A stretch of DNA of 61,032 bases, filler included, from 3 parts of 3 records of this genome joined end to end with filler, not necessarily neighbours in it, one strand, 5' to 3'. Shown: positions 8,519 to 19,266, counted from the first letter of the whole stretch. Notes: generated by a model not told the origin, from the sequence alone. Made by a program: numbers and translations.

Positions 8519-8759
8519 GTATAGTGGCGTAGAAACGGACATGTGGCCTTTTCCTGGGGCGCTGCGCCGGTAGTAAGTGCCTACATTTGAATACATCCTC
8601 TCTTATTCACCCTGTCGGGGCCATTGAGTAACCCCGCTTACACACCAAGCAGGCTATCGACGTTCGCTATAAAACGTTGAGGTGAACCTGGCGCCGCTAA
8701 GTGTATTGATTAGTCTCTCCCAGCGGGTTATTTTGGCGATTTTTAAGGAAGCGATAGTC

Positions 8760-9374
8760 ATGCATGGAATCTGGCGCTCAAGCCTGTTGTCGGTAGTTTT
8801 GGTTTCTCCCCTGGCCTGGGCAGAATCGCCCCTTCAGTCTGCGCCCTCGAATGAGCGGGTGGTGCGTGGAGTATTCAGTGCCGCCGTCACCGATGGCGGG
8901 GATGATCTGGCCAAGGTGCAATTTAAAAATGCCGACAGCGAAAAAATTAAAGCGGGCGGCCTGTTAATGGTCGGCGCTGGGGTGCTGGTGGCACCAAGCG
9001 ACAGTGCTTTTTCTTACCAAGTAACACTGAATTATCACTTTGACTCGATAACAGCAAAGAATGGCGATGCCAGTTTTGACCGCATGCCTATTGAGGCGCT
9101 GGTATTTTACAACAGCGGTAAACACCGCTTTGGCGGGGGGCTGACGCATCACCTTTCACCAGAGGTGGAGTTTGACTTTGACGATGCCCCGCGTGAGACC
9201 GTCGAGTTTGACGATGCCACCGGCGCGGTTATTGAATATAACTATGCGGTGTCGCCGAGTATTTGGCTTGGGCTGCGCTACACCACTATTGATTACAGCC
9301 CCAGCGACTTTGATGGCGAGGACGTCGACGGCGACCATGTTGGCGTAACCTTGCATATTCCCTTTCACTTCTAG
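8760..9374 (+). CDS. Outer-membrane beta-barrel protein
   Basis: Signal peptide, alternating beta-strand pattern, terminal Phe; ATG 8760 after AAGGAAG. Confidence 0.7.
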   Translation: MHGIWRSSLLSVVLVSPLAWAESPLQSAPSNERVVRGVFSAAVTDGGDDLAKVQFKNADSEKIKAGGLLMVGAGVLVAPSDSAFSYQVTLNYHFDSITAKNGDASFDRMPIEALVFYNSGKHRFGGGLTHHLSPEVEFDFDDAPRETVEFDDATGAVIEYNYAVSPSIWLGLRYTTIDYSPSDFDGEDVDGDHVGVTLHIPFHF

Positions 9375-9456
9375 CGCTTAGCGTGGGCCAGTGCGCGGCC
9401 ATTGGCGGCACTGGCACCAATTAGGATGTTGAGCGACGTGCCATAGGAGGGCGACG

Positions 9457-9789
9457 ATGATCACGGTTATTAACAGTATTCGGCTGCCTGAGCCGATCAG
9501 CGTGGCCGAAGCGCGCGCCTTATTTTTGCAAACGGCCCCCCATTACCAGCAGCTGCCAGGGCTGATTCGCAAGGTGTATACCCTGTCGGAAGACGGCGCC
9601 ACCGTTGGCGGAGTGTATTTGTGGCGCAGTCGTGAAGCGGCGGATGCCCTCTATACCCCGCAATGGAAAGCGCGGGTGGCTGAGCATTACGGCGCGTCGC
9701 CAACACTGGTTTATCTGGAAAGCCCTGTGGTAGTGGACAACGTTAGCGGTGAGGTCATTGCTGCAGAGGAAAAAACATTGTCGAGTTAG
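9457..9789 (+). CDS. YdhR-like putative monooxygenase
   Basis: PGLIRKVY, GGVYLW motifs; RBS AGGAGG. Confidence 0.75.
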   Translation: MITVINSIRLPEPISVAEARALFLQTAPHYQQLPGLIRKVYTLSEDGATVGGVYLWRSREAADALYTPQWKARVAEHYGASPTLVYLESPVVVDNVSGEVIAAEEKTLSS

Positions 9790-9884
9790 CATTGTTCTCA
9801 GCGAGTCATAAGCGCCGGTGTTCAAGGTCGTTAATAGAAAGGGCTGCAGGTCATGTCTGCCGCCCTTCTAGCCATTGGCTGTTT

Positions 9885-10451
9885 TTATCGCGTTTGAGCT
9901 GCGTCGTCTGACCACGCATTTACCAGAAAGGCGTTGTCCACCGGCGTTTGCGCGATGTGGTTTGTATAGTTCGACATGGTTTTAAGGCTCGTACCCAGAA
10001 TCACTTCCAGGGCGGTTTGTTTGCTATATCCTGCGGACAATAGGGCATTCAGATCGGTGGCTTGAACCCAGCCCCGGCTTTCGATAACGGCAATTGTATA
10101 TTTACGTAGCGCTTCATATTTCGGCTGCGAGATTGGCGAGCCGTCCCGCAGAGCTTGGATGATGTCGGGTGCCACGCCAGCAGCTTGAGAAATAGATGTA
10201 TGCGCCGCCATGCAATACGTACAGCCGTTCAAGCGATTGTTCGTCATCAAAATGATTTGCCGTTCTGTTTCATTTAATGCTGTTTTGTCGAATATCCCGG
10301 AGAGGGTAATGTAGCCTTCCAGCAGCGCAGGTGCCTCAGCCATACCAGCAAGGAGGTTGGGCAAGAAACCGTAGGCGGCAGTGGCGACATCGATAAAAGG
10401 CTTGCTTGCCTCGGGTGCGGATGAGGCGGTATGAAATGTAAATTTGGTCAT
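9885..10451 (-). CDS. Carboxymuconolactone decarboxylase / AhpD family protein
   Basis: GFLPNL, NGCTYCMAAH CxxC motif, KTMSNYTNH; start at ATG 10451. Confidence 0.85.
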   Translation of the reverse strand: MTKFTFHTASSAPEASKPFIDVATAAYGFLPNLLAGMAEAPALLEGYITLSGIFDKTALNETERQIILMTNNRLNGCTYCMAAHTSISQAAGVAPDIIQALRDGSPISQPKYEALRKYTIAVIESRGWVQATDLNALLSAGYSKQTALEVILGTSLKTMSNYTNHIAQTPVDNAFLVNAWSDDAAQTR

Positions 10452-10690
10452 GGTGGTATCCCTATGAATGTCATCGTCAACATGACGAAAACCAGGGCCA
10501 CCATTTAGCCTGTTAGGCCTTTGGCCCACTGTGCAGTAAGTTTATTATTTTTATCCATATCGCTTTTGGCTGTGTAAAAGTATGCCGCTGCGTGCGCCTG
10601 CTGTGGATATCAGAGCGATCCGCCTAGCGTTCGGCGTTGTGGCACTTTCTTGAGCGTGGTATACAAAGCGGCAAATTGATGGGGGGACAT

Positions 10691-11455
10691 ATGCGCATAG
10701 CTTCTTGGAACGTGAACGGTATTCGCGCGGTAATGAAGAAAGAGTTTCTGGAGTCGGTGGCGACGCTGGATGCCGATGTTTTATGCCTGCAGGAAACCAA
10801 GGCGCAGGACGACCAAGTGGCCGCGGCGCTGGAAACCCTTGAGGGTTACCACATTTACAGCAACTCGGCGGAGCGCAAGGGCTATTCGGGCGTGGCCATT
10901 CTGAGCCGCAAAGCGCCGCTGCGAGTGTTTGCGGATATTGGCATTGATGAGCACGACAAGGAAGGGCGCGTGCTCACTGCTGAGTTTGACGACTTTTACC
11001 TGCTTACCGTTTACACCCCCAACTCCGGCAGTGAGCTGGTGCGCTTGCCGTATCGCGAGCGCTGGGATCGCGATTTTCTCGCCTATGTGAACAAGCTCGG
11101 TGAAGACAAGCCGGTACTTATGTGTGGCGACTTCAACGTCGCCCACACTGAAATGGATATCGCGCGCCCCAAGCCCAACTACAATAAAAGCGCGGGCTAC
11201 ACCCAAAAGGAGATCGACGGGCTGGACCATATTCTGGCGGCCGATTTTGTTGATACCTATCGCGCCCTGCATCCGGAAACGGTGAAATACAGCTGGTGGA
11301 GCTACCGTGCCGGTGCACGTGGTAAAAATATCGGCTGGCGGATCGACTACTTCCTCGGCAATCGCGACTTTGTTGAGCAGCGGGTGACGGCGGCGGAGAT
11401 CTGGAATGATATTCACGGCTCCGATCACTGTCCGGTCAGTGTGGATTTAAGCTAG
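10691..11455 (+). CDS. xth: Exodeoxyribonuclease III
   Basis: SWNVNGIRA, CLQETK, GYSGV, GDFNVAH, GWRIDY, SDHCP. Confidence 0.95.
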   Translation: MRIASWNVNGIRAVMKKEFLESVATLDADVLCLQETKAQDDQVAAALETLEGYHIYSNSAERKGYSGVAILSRKAPLRVFADIGIDEHDKEGRVLTAEFDDFYLLTVYTPNSGSELVRLPYRERWDRDFLAYVNKLGEDKPVLMCGDFNVAHTEMDIARPKPNYNKSAGYTQKEIDGLDHILAADFVDTYRALHPETVKYSWWSYRAGARGKNIGWRIDYFLGNRDFVEQRVTAAEIWNDIHGSDHCPVSVDLS

Positions 11456-11500
11456 TCGGCGGAAATGCAGGGCCAGTGATGATACGAGGGCGACAGGGCA

Positions 11501-11944
11501 ATGGCATCTGAAGCGGAAAAAGGCCGTGTGGAAGTCAGCATTTTCTGCCGCTTTGCCGAGGCAGCAGGCCTGGATTACCGCGACGTTGAAAAACAATTGC
11601 CGGAGGGCGGCAAGCCGGATATTCGCTGTCGGCTCAATGAACACGTTACCTATTTTGAATTGACCGAGGCCTGCTCGGAAGACCTGGCCAAGGCGATCGC
11701 CGGGGCAGGGCGCGTTGACAGCGAGGCCCTCGCCCGCCTTACCGACTACACCTCTGCGACCTACCTGAAGAAAATTGCCAAGCGCTACCAGGTGAGCGAA
11801 CCCGTTGAGCTATTGATCTACAACATTGGCCGCACGCTGCTGCCCGATAAGGTGATTATCGACAATCTGCGCAAGCTAGCGCAGCGTGATAAAGGCCAGT
11901 TTCGCCGTGTGTGGTATTTCGGCGACAGTGTTGTTCAGCTCTAG
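11501..11944 (+). CDS. Hypothetical protein, possible PD-(D/E)xK nuclease fold
   Basis: 147-aa ORF with KPDI...FELTE pattern. Confidence 0.6.
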   Translation: MASEAEKGRVEVSIFCRFAEAAGLDYRDVEKQLPEGGKPDIRCRLNEHVTYFELTEACSEDLAKAIAGAGRVDSEALARLTDYTSATYLKKIAKRYQVSEPVELLIYNIGRTLLPDKVIIDNLRKLAQRDKGQFRRVWYFGDSVVQL

Positions 11945-12010
11945 CGTGGTGATGTGAAGGGGGAGTTGTCATGGAAAAGGCCGGGGCGGCTTGGCGTTGA
12001 GGCGACGTAG

Positions 12011-12721
12011 ATGATCTATCCGCTGTCGGGAATATTGCTCGGGCCGGTCTTATTAGCTCAGGGCCGCTATGTGCGCGGCATTACGCCGCGTCTGCCCGAG
12101 GCCGCGGGGCGGCGCTCGGGGCAAATGGGCGGCAGCGGACAAGCGCTGCGCTTGTTGTTGGTGGGCGACTCTGCGGCGGCGGGGGTCGGCGTTGCCCGTC
12201 AGGAAGAGGCCTTGCTGGGCCAGTTGGTCGCCGGGCTTGCGCCATTGCGGCCGCTACATTGGCGCCTACTGGCGCGCTCCGGCGATACTTCCGCACAGTT
12301 ATTGGCACGTTTAGCCAGCGAGAGCGCTGACGCCGCCGACGCCGTGGTGGTGTCTATTGGGGTGAATGACGTGCTTGCCGCCACTGGGCGGGGCCGGTGG
12401 CGTAACAACATTAGCGAGATTATCCGCCTGCTGCGCGAGCGCTTTGCCGCCAAGCATATTTATTTTTCCGCGCTGCCACCCATGCACGCCTTTCCTGCAT
12501 TGCCGCAACCTCTGCGTTGGTGGTTGGGCCTGCGCGCCCGGCAATTAAATACCGAGCTGAGACAGCTTGTTGAGCCGCTGGCAGGCTGCAGCTATGTTCA
12601 GGTGCCATACGCCCTACACCCAGCGGCTATCGCCGAAGACGGTTTTCACCCGGGCGAAGTGGCGTATCGGGAGTGGGCGCGCCACCTCATTGACGACGTG
12701 GGCCTGGGCTGCTGTGACTAA
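12011..12721 (+). CDS. SGNH/GDSL hydrolase
   Basis: GDSAAAG, GVND, DGFHP blocks. Confidence 0.9.
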   Translation: MIYPLSGILLGPVLLAQGRYVRGITPRLPEAAGRRSGQMGGSGQALRLLLVGDSAAAGVGVARQEEALLGQLVAGLAPLRPLHWRLLARSGDTSAQLLARLASESADAADAVVVSIGVNDVLAATGRGRWRNNISEIIRLLRERFAAKHIYFSALPPMHAFPALPQPLRWWLGLRARQLNTELRQLVEPLAGCSYVQVPYALHPAAIAEDGFHPGEVAYREWARHLIDDVGLGCCD

Positions 12722-12866
12722 AGTGCGCCGTTGCGGCTGTAGCGGACAGAGAAGCTCTTTATTACTCGAAGACTGATCCATATGGGTCTACGCTGGGTAC
12801 TGTGAGGTGCGGGCTTGCGGCAACCGGCCGCTTAATTGCCAACCAGGCGCCTCCGTGGGGACCTGA

Positions 12867-13640
12867 GTGGACGACAGCATCATTATTCACGACCGTTTTT
12901 CCTGCAATGCCTGTGCGGACCAAGGCGACCTCGGCTTTGATTTTTCTATGGCGTTTCAGCCGATTGTCGATTGCCAAAATCGCCGTTTATTTGGTTATGA
13001 AGCGCTGGTGCGAGGCTTACATGGGGAGCCAGCCGGGGCGGTGATGGCGGAGGTCAGCGACGACAATCTATATCTGTTTGATCAGCTGTGCCGGGTGAAG
13101 GCCATTGCGCTGGCGGCGGAGCTGGAGCTCACGTCCATCCTCAGCATTAATTTTCTTCCCAATGCGGTATACAAGCCCGAGCGCTGCATTCGCACCACGC
13201 TGAGTGCGGCGAAGGCGCATAACTTCCCCCTTGAGCGAATTATGTTTGAGTTCACGGAATCTGAGCAGGTGCGCGACAGTGGCGTGGTTAAAGAGATTGT
13301 GGAGTACTACAAGCGCTCTGGCTTTTTAACGGCAGTTGATGACTTTGGTGCGGGCTATGCCGGTTTGGGGCTGCTGGCAGACTTTCAAACCAATCTGGTC
13401 AAATTCGATATGGCGCTGATTCGCAATATTGAGCGGGACTATCCGCGCCAGCGCATTGTTGTGAACTGTCTTAAGCTCTTTGAGGAGCTGGGTATTACCG
13501 CCCTGGCAGAAGGCGTGGAAACGCTTGAAGAGATGCGCTGGCTTACGCAGGCGGGCGTGCGCTTAATGCAGGGCTACCTGTTTGCCAAACCCGGTTTTGA
13601 GTCACTGCCGCGCGTAGATATGCAGCTGCTGGACGCGTGA
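12867..13640 (+). CDS. Stand-alone EAL-domain c-di-GMP phosphodiesterase
   Basis: FQPIVD, EALVR, SINF, DDFGAGYAG, AEGVE, QGYLFAKP. Confidence 0.92.
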   Translation: MDDSIIIHDRFSCNACADQGDLGFDFSMAFQPIVDCQNRRLFGYEALVRGLHGEPAGAVMAEVSDDNLYLFDQLCRVKAIALAAELELTSILSINFLPNAVYKPERCIRTTLSAAKAHNFPLERIMFEFTESEQVRDSGVVKEIVEYYKRSGFLTAVDDFGAGYAGLGLLADFQTNLVKFDMALIRNIERDYPRQRIVVNCLKLFEELGITALAEGVETLEEMRWLTQAGVRLMQGYLFAKPGFESLPRVDMQLLDA

Positions 13641-13850
13641 CGCCGCGCATTTTCCTGCCCCCGGCTATTGTCGCCGCTTCCCGTCAGCCTTTCACGGCGA
13701 CGAAATTGCGGCTTACGCTCCCCGTTTTCCGCCGCTCTACTATGCTGAAATCAGTCTTTGCATTTGACACTGCACGTTAAGTCTATAAAGTGACATAGCG
13801 GTTTGCGCGGCTAGGCGGTTGCGTCAGCCGGAGTGTGGAGGAGGACACCC

Positions 13851-16229
13851 GTGAATAATAAGATAATGTTAGTCGTTTTTACCCTACTGCTTGCCGCGTG
13901 CGGCGGCGGTAGTTCAAGTAGCAGTAACTCGGGTGGCAACCCAGACCCCGGCAATGGCGGTAACCCCGGTGGCCCCGGAACGGTCGATGACCGCGTAAGC
14001 CTGCAAGTGCTGTCGAACCGACCTGACCTAGTCTCTGCTGGCGATGTGTTGGTAGAGGTGGTTGCGGAAGATGCTGCCGCCGTCGACGAGCTGGTACTGC
14101 TGCGTAACAACACCGATGTGACTCAGCTGCTGCAAGCTGACCCGGATAATCCGCTGCGCTTGTTGGCCCTGGTTGATGGCCTGAGCGTCGGCGAGAACAC
14201 CCTAAGCACGAATATTGGCAACAGCCTGACGGTAGTAAACCACCCCTCTGGCGGCCCCGTGTTTACCGGCCCGCATATTCAGCCCTGGAAGTGTCAGGAC
14301 AGCGCTGTGGACGAAAACTGTAACCAGCCTGTTGAGTACCGCTGGTTGTACAAGTCCAGTAATTCCCTGCAGGGCGGCTTGCAGGCTTATGACCTGGACA
14401 ATCCGCCCGATGATGTGGCGATGACCACCACGGATAACGGTGAAACGGTGCCGTTTATTGTGCGCCAGGAAATCGGCTATCAGGCCCGCGACCAATACAC
14501 GATATTTACGCTGCAAAAAGTCGGTGAAGACTGGACGCCAATGCAGCCGCAGTCGCAGTGGAACCGCCGCCTGTTGGTGACCCACGGCGGTAACTGTCGC
14601 GGCGACCACGACACCAGCTCGGCGCGCACAGACGATTACGCTGGCACCATTCCCGGCAACCCGCTGATTGAGCAGTCCTATATTACTGCGCTGGGGCTGG
14701 GTTGGTCGGTGCTGTCCACTGCTCAGCTGAACCTCGGCCACAACTGTAATTTGAGCTATCAGGCCGAGTCGCTGCTGATGGCAAAAGAGCGCTTTATCGA
14801 GCAGTACGGCGAGCTGCGCTACACCGTTGGCACAGGCTGTTCAGGCGGGGCGATTACCCAAAACATGATCGCCAATGCCTACCCCGGCTTGTATCAGGGC
14901 TTGCTGACCACCTGTACCTACCCGGATGTGATGAGCACCGCGACTCAGTTTGCGGACTACCACATTTTGTTGAAGTACTTCGACTTTAACGTCGATACCA
15001 CCGAGCCCAGTACGCCGGAAGACTTGATCGCCCACGTGGAAAACATTGCCGGCGCGCAAGTTGCCCGCGATGGCACGCCGTTTACGGTGCTGCAGCAGAA
15101 CGCCATTTACGGCCACCTTAATGGCATAGTGAATGCCTCGCTGGCCGACTCGGCGTTGTTCGCCGAAGCGGTCGACCCGGCGTCTAACTGCGGGGGAGTG
15201 AGTGCCGAGGAGCGCTTTGACCAGGACACCAACCCGGGCGGTGTGCGCTGCGATGTACTGACCTTTATGCAAAATATGATCGGTGAGCGCGAGCGCTTCC
15301 CCGCCGAAGACCCCCGCGACCGCTGGAGCCAGATTGAAAAAGACCTGGGCTATGCGTTCTCGGGTTTTCCGCTGGGCAATGAAGGGGTGCAGTACGGCCT
15401 AACGGCCTTGCAGCAGGGTATTATTTCGCCGGCGCAATTCCTGGCGCTCAACACCAATATTGGCGGTGTTGACCCCAGCCTGAATGTGACCCAGGAGCGT
15501 TTAAAGCCAGACTACCCGGCACTGCCCAATGCTTACCGCACCGGCATTATGAACACCATTGTGAATATGGACACGGTGCCCATCATTAATATGACCGGCC
15601 CTGATCCCGGTGCGGCCCACGACAGCGTGCACGGTTACTGGGTGCGCTGGCGCCTGGAGCGGGAGTTCGGCCACCGCGACAACTTTGTGCACTGGGGCGG
15701 CCTGACACCGCTGGTTGGCGACCTGAATTATATGAATCAGTCGCTGGTCGCGATGGCCTCCTGGCTGGACGCCATTGAAGCCGACACCAGCGATACGCCA
15801 CTGGCACAAAAAATTATCGCCAATAAGCCCGCCGATGTGCAGGACCAGTGCAATGGTATTCCCGGTGAGATGTGCCCGGAAGAGTTGATGCTGGTGTTCG
15901 GCACACCGCGCACGGTGGCCGGCGCCGATAAATATGGCGACCAGGTGCAGTGTGAACTCCGGCCTTTCAGTCGCAACGACGACTACGGTCTGGGGAACGT
16001 AATGTGGCAGGAAAGCGATTGGCAGGCCCTTGAACAAACCTTTGCGACCGGCGTTTGCGATTGGACCAAGCGCCCGCTGGAATGGCAGCGCACGGTCACC
16101 TGGCTGAAATACCAGGATGCTCAGGGCGATGTGATTACCGGTGGCGAGCAAATGACGCCCGCGGACTTCCCGGCCGGTTGGGCGAGCCCGGCGTTTGCCA
16201 AGACCTGGGAGCCGGGCTGGCAGCAGTAA
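13851..16229 (+). CDS. Large lipoprotein, tannase-like alpha/beta hydrolase (DUF6351-like)
   Basis: LAAC lipobox; VLSNRPDLVSAGDVLVEV N-terminus; GTGCSGGA nucleophile elbow; GTG 13851 after GAGGA. Confidence 0.75.
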   Translation: MNNKIMLVVFTLLLAACGGGSSSSSNSGGNPDPGNGGNPGGPGTVDDRVSLQVLSNRPDLVSAGDVLVEVVAEDAAAVDELVLLRNNTDVTQLLQADPDNPLRLLALVDGLSVGENTLSTNIGNSLTVVNHPSGGPVFTGPHIQPWKCQDSAVDENCNQPVEYRWLYKSSNSLQGGLQAYDLDNPPDDVAMTTTDNGETVPFIVRQEIGYQARDQYTIFTLQKVGEDWTPMQPQSQWNRRLLVTHGGNCRGDHDTSSARTDDYAGTIPGNPLIEQSYITALGLGWSVLSTAQLNLGHNCNLSYQAESLLMAKERFIEQYGELRYTVGTGCSGGAITQNMIANAYPGLYQGLLTTCTYPDVMSTATQFADYHILLKYFDFNVDTTEPSTPEDLIAHVENIAGAQVARDGTPFTVLQQNAIYGHLNGIVNASLADSALFAEAVDPASNCGGVSAEERFDQDTNPGGVRCDVLTFMQNMIGERERFPAEDPRDRWSQIEKDLGYAFSGFPLGNEGVQYGLTALQQGIISPAQFLALNTNIGGVDPSLNVTQERLKPDYPALPNAYRTGIMNTIVNMDTVPIINMTGPDPGAAHDSVHGYWVRWRLEREFGHRDNFVHWGGLTPLVGDLNYMNQSLVAMASWLDAIEADTSDTPLAQKIIANKPADVQDQCNGIPGEMCPEELMLVFGTPRTVAGADKYGDQVQCELRPFSRNDDYGLGNVMWQESDWQALEQTFATGVCDWTKRPLEWQRTVTWLKYQDAQGDVITGGEQMTPADFPAGWASPAFAKTWEPGWQQ

Positions 16230-16259
16230 GCCGACAGTCGTAACAAGGCGACCTCAGGG

Positions 16260-16292
16260 CGGGCGGGATAGTGAATCATCCCGCCCGTTTCT
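16260..16292 (+). terminator. Intrinsic terminator-like hairpin
   Basis: CGGGCGGGAT / ATCCCGCCCG stem followed by TTTCT. Confidence 0.55.
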
Positions 16293-16331
16293 GTATGGTG
16301 TGCGCTCTTTTTTGTGACTGCGACTCGCCTC

Positions 16332-17177
16332 ATGCCCGATCACCACTATTCTGAATTGCGCCTCCACAGTGCCGATGGCACGCCACTATTTGCCCGCGAA
16401 TGGCGTCCGGCAGGGCCCGCCAAGGCCTGGGTAACCCTGAGTCACGGCACCAGCGAACACTCCGGTCGCTACGCCCATGTAGCGAGGGCATTTAACGATG
16501 CGGGCCTTGGCCTGGTGATGGCCGACCTGCGCGGCAGTGGCCAGAGCCCCGGGAAACGCGGCCATATCGCGCGGTTCTCGCAGTATTTTGACGATGTTCG
16601 GGCAGCGATCCGGCACACCCAGAGTCATCAGCCTGCCGTGCATTTTCTGGGTGGGCACAGCCTGGGCGGCTTGATCGCAGCCTGTATAGCGACTGAAAAC
16701 CCCGAGGGTATCGATGGCGTATTTTTAAGCTGCGCCGCTTTTCAGTTGGGTTTTGCACCCGCGCCCTGGAAGCTGGCGCTGAGCCGGGTACTTGCCACAC
16801 TGTGGCCCAGCCTGCCTATTAGCAACGAGATTGATGTAACCCAGTTGAGCCGCGATGCCAGCGTGGGGGAGAGCCAGCAGCGCGATCCCTATAACCACGG
16901 CAAGGTGACCCCCAGTATGTTTTTGGCGTTCATTCAGGCCCAGCAGCAGGTGATGCAGGATGCGCCGAACATTGCGCTGCCGATGCTGGTGATGCACGGC
17001 GGCGCTGATGCCATCAGTGCCTGCGAGGGCAGCCAGCGGTTCTTCGCCAAATTGCGCAGTGACAATAAGGCGCTAAAGATCTACGACGGCATGTACCACG
17101 AGATTTTTAATGAACTGGGCAAAGAGCAAGTGTTTAGCGATGTGCTGGATTGGATGGCCAAAGTCGGCGAGCAATAA
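16332..17177 (+). CDS. Lysophospholipase / monoacylglycerol lipase (alpha/beta hydrolase)
   Basis: HGxxEHSGRY, DLRGSG, GHSLGG, HGGAD, YHEIFNE. Confidence 0.9.
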   Translation: MPDHHYSELRLHSADGTPLFAREWRPAGPAKAWVTLSHGTSEHSGRYAHVARAFNDAGLGLVMADLRGSGQSPGKRGHIARFSQYFDDVRAAIRHTQSHQPAVHFLGGHSLGGLIAACIATENPEGIDGVFLSCAAFQLGFAPAPWKLALSRVLATLWPSLPISNEIDVTQLSRDASVGESQQRDPYNHGKVTPSMFLAFIQAQQQVMQDAPNIALPMLVMHGGADAISACEGSQRFFAKLRSDNKALKIYDGMYHEIFNELGKEQVFSDVLDWMAKVGEQ

Positions 17178-17264
17178 GCGCTATCTTGTCCGTCCTTCGC
17201 ATCCACCGAATGGGAATAACGCGCTATAGTGCTAGCCGTTTTTGCTCAACAGTAAGGAAGAGAT

Positions 17265-17648
17265 ATGTTCAGTCATGTAATGGTTGGTGCGAATGATGTT
17301 GCTGCATCAAAGCGTTTTTACGATGCGATTCTCGGCGCCTTGGGCTATGAGCCGGGAATGATGGACGAGCGCGGTCGCTGTTTTTATTTCACCGCCAGCG
17401 GTGTATTCGCTATTACGCCACCAATTAACGGTGAGCCCGCCTGTCATGGCAATGGCAGCACCATTGGTTTTGCCGCGAGCAGCCCGGAACAAGCCGATGC
17501 CTGGCATGCTGCCGGCGTGGCCAATGGCGGAACATCTTGTGAAGATGCGCCGGGTGTGCGCGAGGGCGCAATTGGTAAATTGTACCTCGCTTATCTGCGT
17601 GACCCATCTGGCAATAAGGTGTGTGCGCTACACCGCGTGGAAAGCTAG
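17265..17648 (+). CDS. VOC/glyoxalase family protein
   Basis: MFSHVMVG, GNGSTIGF, AYLRDPSGNK. Confidence 0.9.
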   Translation: MFSHVMVGANDVAASKRFYDAILGALGYEPGMMDERGRCFYFTASGVFAITPPINGEPACHGNGSTIGFAASSPEQADAWHAAGVANGGTSCEDAPGVREGAIGKLYLAYLRDPSGNKVCALHRVES

Positions 17649-17663
17649 GTCTGTTAGTCGGCG

Positions 17664-18488
17664 CTAGGCCAGCCCGAGGCTGGCCAAACTGGCGCTGACC
17701 ATATTGCGCTTGCTCATATGCATGAGTGAGAGCAGGGCGTTGGCGTCTTCGCGTCCGAGCAGTTTGCGCGTTATCTGGCGCTCGCTAAGGCCAGAGCGGT
17801 GCAGGGCTGCCACCTCATCGCGAAAGCCGCGAATATGGTCCAGTTTTTCCTGCAGTACCGCTTTGCCATTGCTCACCACCGCGCGGTGAGAGCAGAGCAG
17901 CGTGTCGAAGTCGAGTGATAGCACTTTCTCCAGGCTGTCGATCCACTCGCCCACATTGTCTTCAATGGTCATGTATTTCAGCCGGCTGGAAACATATAAA
18001 TCGCCTGAAAATAGCCAGCCTTCATTGGGCTCTAGGTAGCACACCAAATCGGAAGTGTGGCCGGGGGTGTGAATGGGAATCAGCCGGTGGCCACTGCTGG
18101 TGTCGATATGCGTAGGCAGGGTTGCGGGCTGGCAAGCGGGAACATTACCAAAGGTCATTCGACGGATCGCCGACAGGCGCATGCCCGCTTTTAGCCTGTC
18201 GTGATTATTCGGGTGGCTGTAAAGCGCGGCGCCGTGTTCGCGCTGAAAATAGTCGGCATTGCCGCTGTGGTCTTCGTGGTGGTGGGTCAGCACCACCTGG
18301 CGAACGGCAATGTCGGCAAAGTGCCCGCTCAATGCCTCGCGCTCGCGCGACGGCCCGGTATCGATGACGGTGTCGCCCAAACGGTAGACGATGCAACTAG
18401 CGGTAAGGTGGTAGCCGCCGCGTCGGTTAACACGGCCCAGGCGTATGCCCTCGATGCCGTTGTGAGAAATGCTGTGTATCAGTGCCAT
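17664..18488 (-). CDS. Metallo-beta-lactamase fold hydrolase
   Basis: IDTG, THHHEDHSG, HTPGHT, FSGD. Confidence 0.9.
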   Translation of the reverse strand: MALIHSISHNGIEGIRLGRVNRRGGYHLTASCIVYRLGDTVIDTGPSREREALSGHFADIAVRQVVLTHHHEDHSGNADYFQREHGAALYSHPNNHDRLKAGMRLSAIRRMTFGNVPACQPATLPTHIDTSSGHRLIPIHTPGHTSDLVCYLEPNEGWLFSGDLYVSSRLKYMTIEDNVGEWIDSLEKVLSLDFDTLLCSHRAVVSNGKAVLQEKLDHIRGFRDEVAALHRSGLSERQITRKLLGREDANALLSLMHMSKRNMVSASLASLGLA

Positions 18489-18654
18489 AGGTCTTATCCA
18501 TTATTTGCGCCTAGCCTATCATTACAGGAGCCATGGGTTAACTTAACGGCTCGTAATGATGTGCGGTGCCGAGCCGGATAAGGGTGAACCCCGGCTTATT
18601 TTGCCAGTGCATTCTGGGCTACTATGTCGTCGCCAATAACAATAGAGAAGTTCC

Positions 18655-19266
18655 TTGAAGGTTTTAATTGTTGATGACCATTTGATGTTTGCCGAGGCCC
18701 TGGCGCTGACCCTGCAGGCGAAACTGCCCGGCTGTGAGGTGGGGCAATACGGTTGTGCGCAGGCGCTATTGGGCGATGAGGCCGCGTTGGCCGCTGCCGA
18801 TTTGTTGATCGTCGATGTGGCCATGCCGGATCTGGATGGACTGTCGCTGTTACGGATTTTGGCGAGTTCGCGGCACACGCTGCGGGTGTTGTTATGCTCT
18901 GGCGCCATCGATGAGGACGTGGTGGAAAAATCCCAGCGCCTGTCGGTGGATGGTTTTGTCGACAAGTCTGAGGCCGCCGCCGAGTTGGTGACGGCGGTGA
19001 CGAAGGTCATGGCTGGCGAAGGCTATTTTTCGGAATCCTACCGGCTGTTGGCCAGCCAAACCGCCGCACCCAGTATTAAGCTCAGCCGCCAACAAGGGGC
19101 GATATTGGCCCTGCTTCAGCAGGGGCAAAGTAATAAGGAAATTGCGCGCAGTCTGTCGGTGAGTTTGAACACCGTGAAAACCCATCTACGGCTGCTGTTT
19201 GATAAATTGGATGTGCCCAACCGTACCGCCTGCCTGGAAAAAGCCCGCTCCCTTAAGCTCTTGTAA
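18655..19266 (+). CDS. NarL/LuxR family response regulator
   Basis: IVDDH, DVAMPDLDG, SNKEIA...TVKTHL HTH; TTG start. Confidence 0.92.
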   Translation: MKVLIVDDHLMFAEALALTLQAKLPGCEVGQYGCAQALLGDEAALAAADLLIVDVAMPDLDGLSLLRILASSRHTLRVLLCSGAIDEDVVEKSQRLSVDGFVDKSEAAAELVTAVTKVMAGEGYFSESYRLLASQTAAPSIKLSRQQGAILALLQQGQSNKEIARSLSVSLNTVKTHLRLLFDKLDVPNRTACLEKARSLKLL

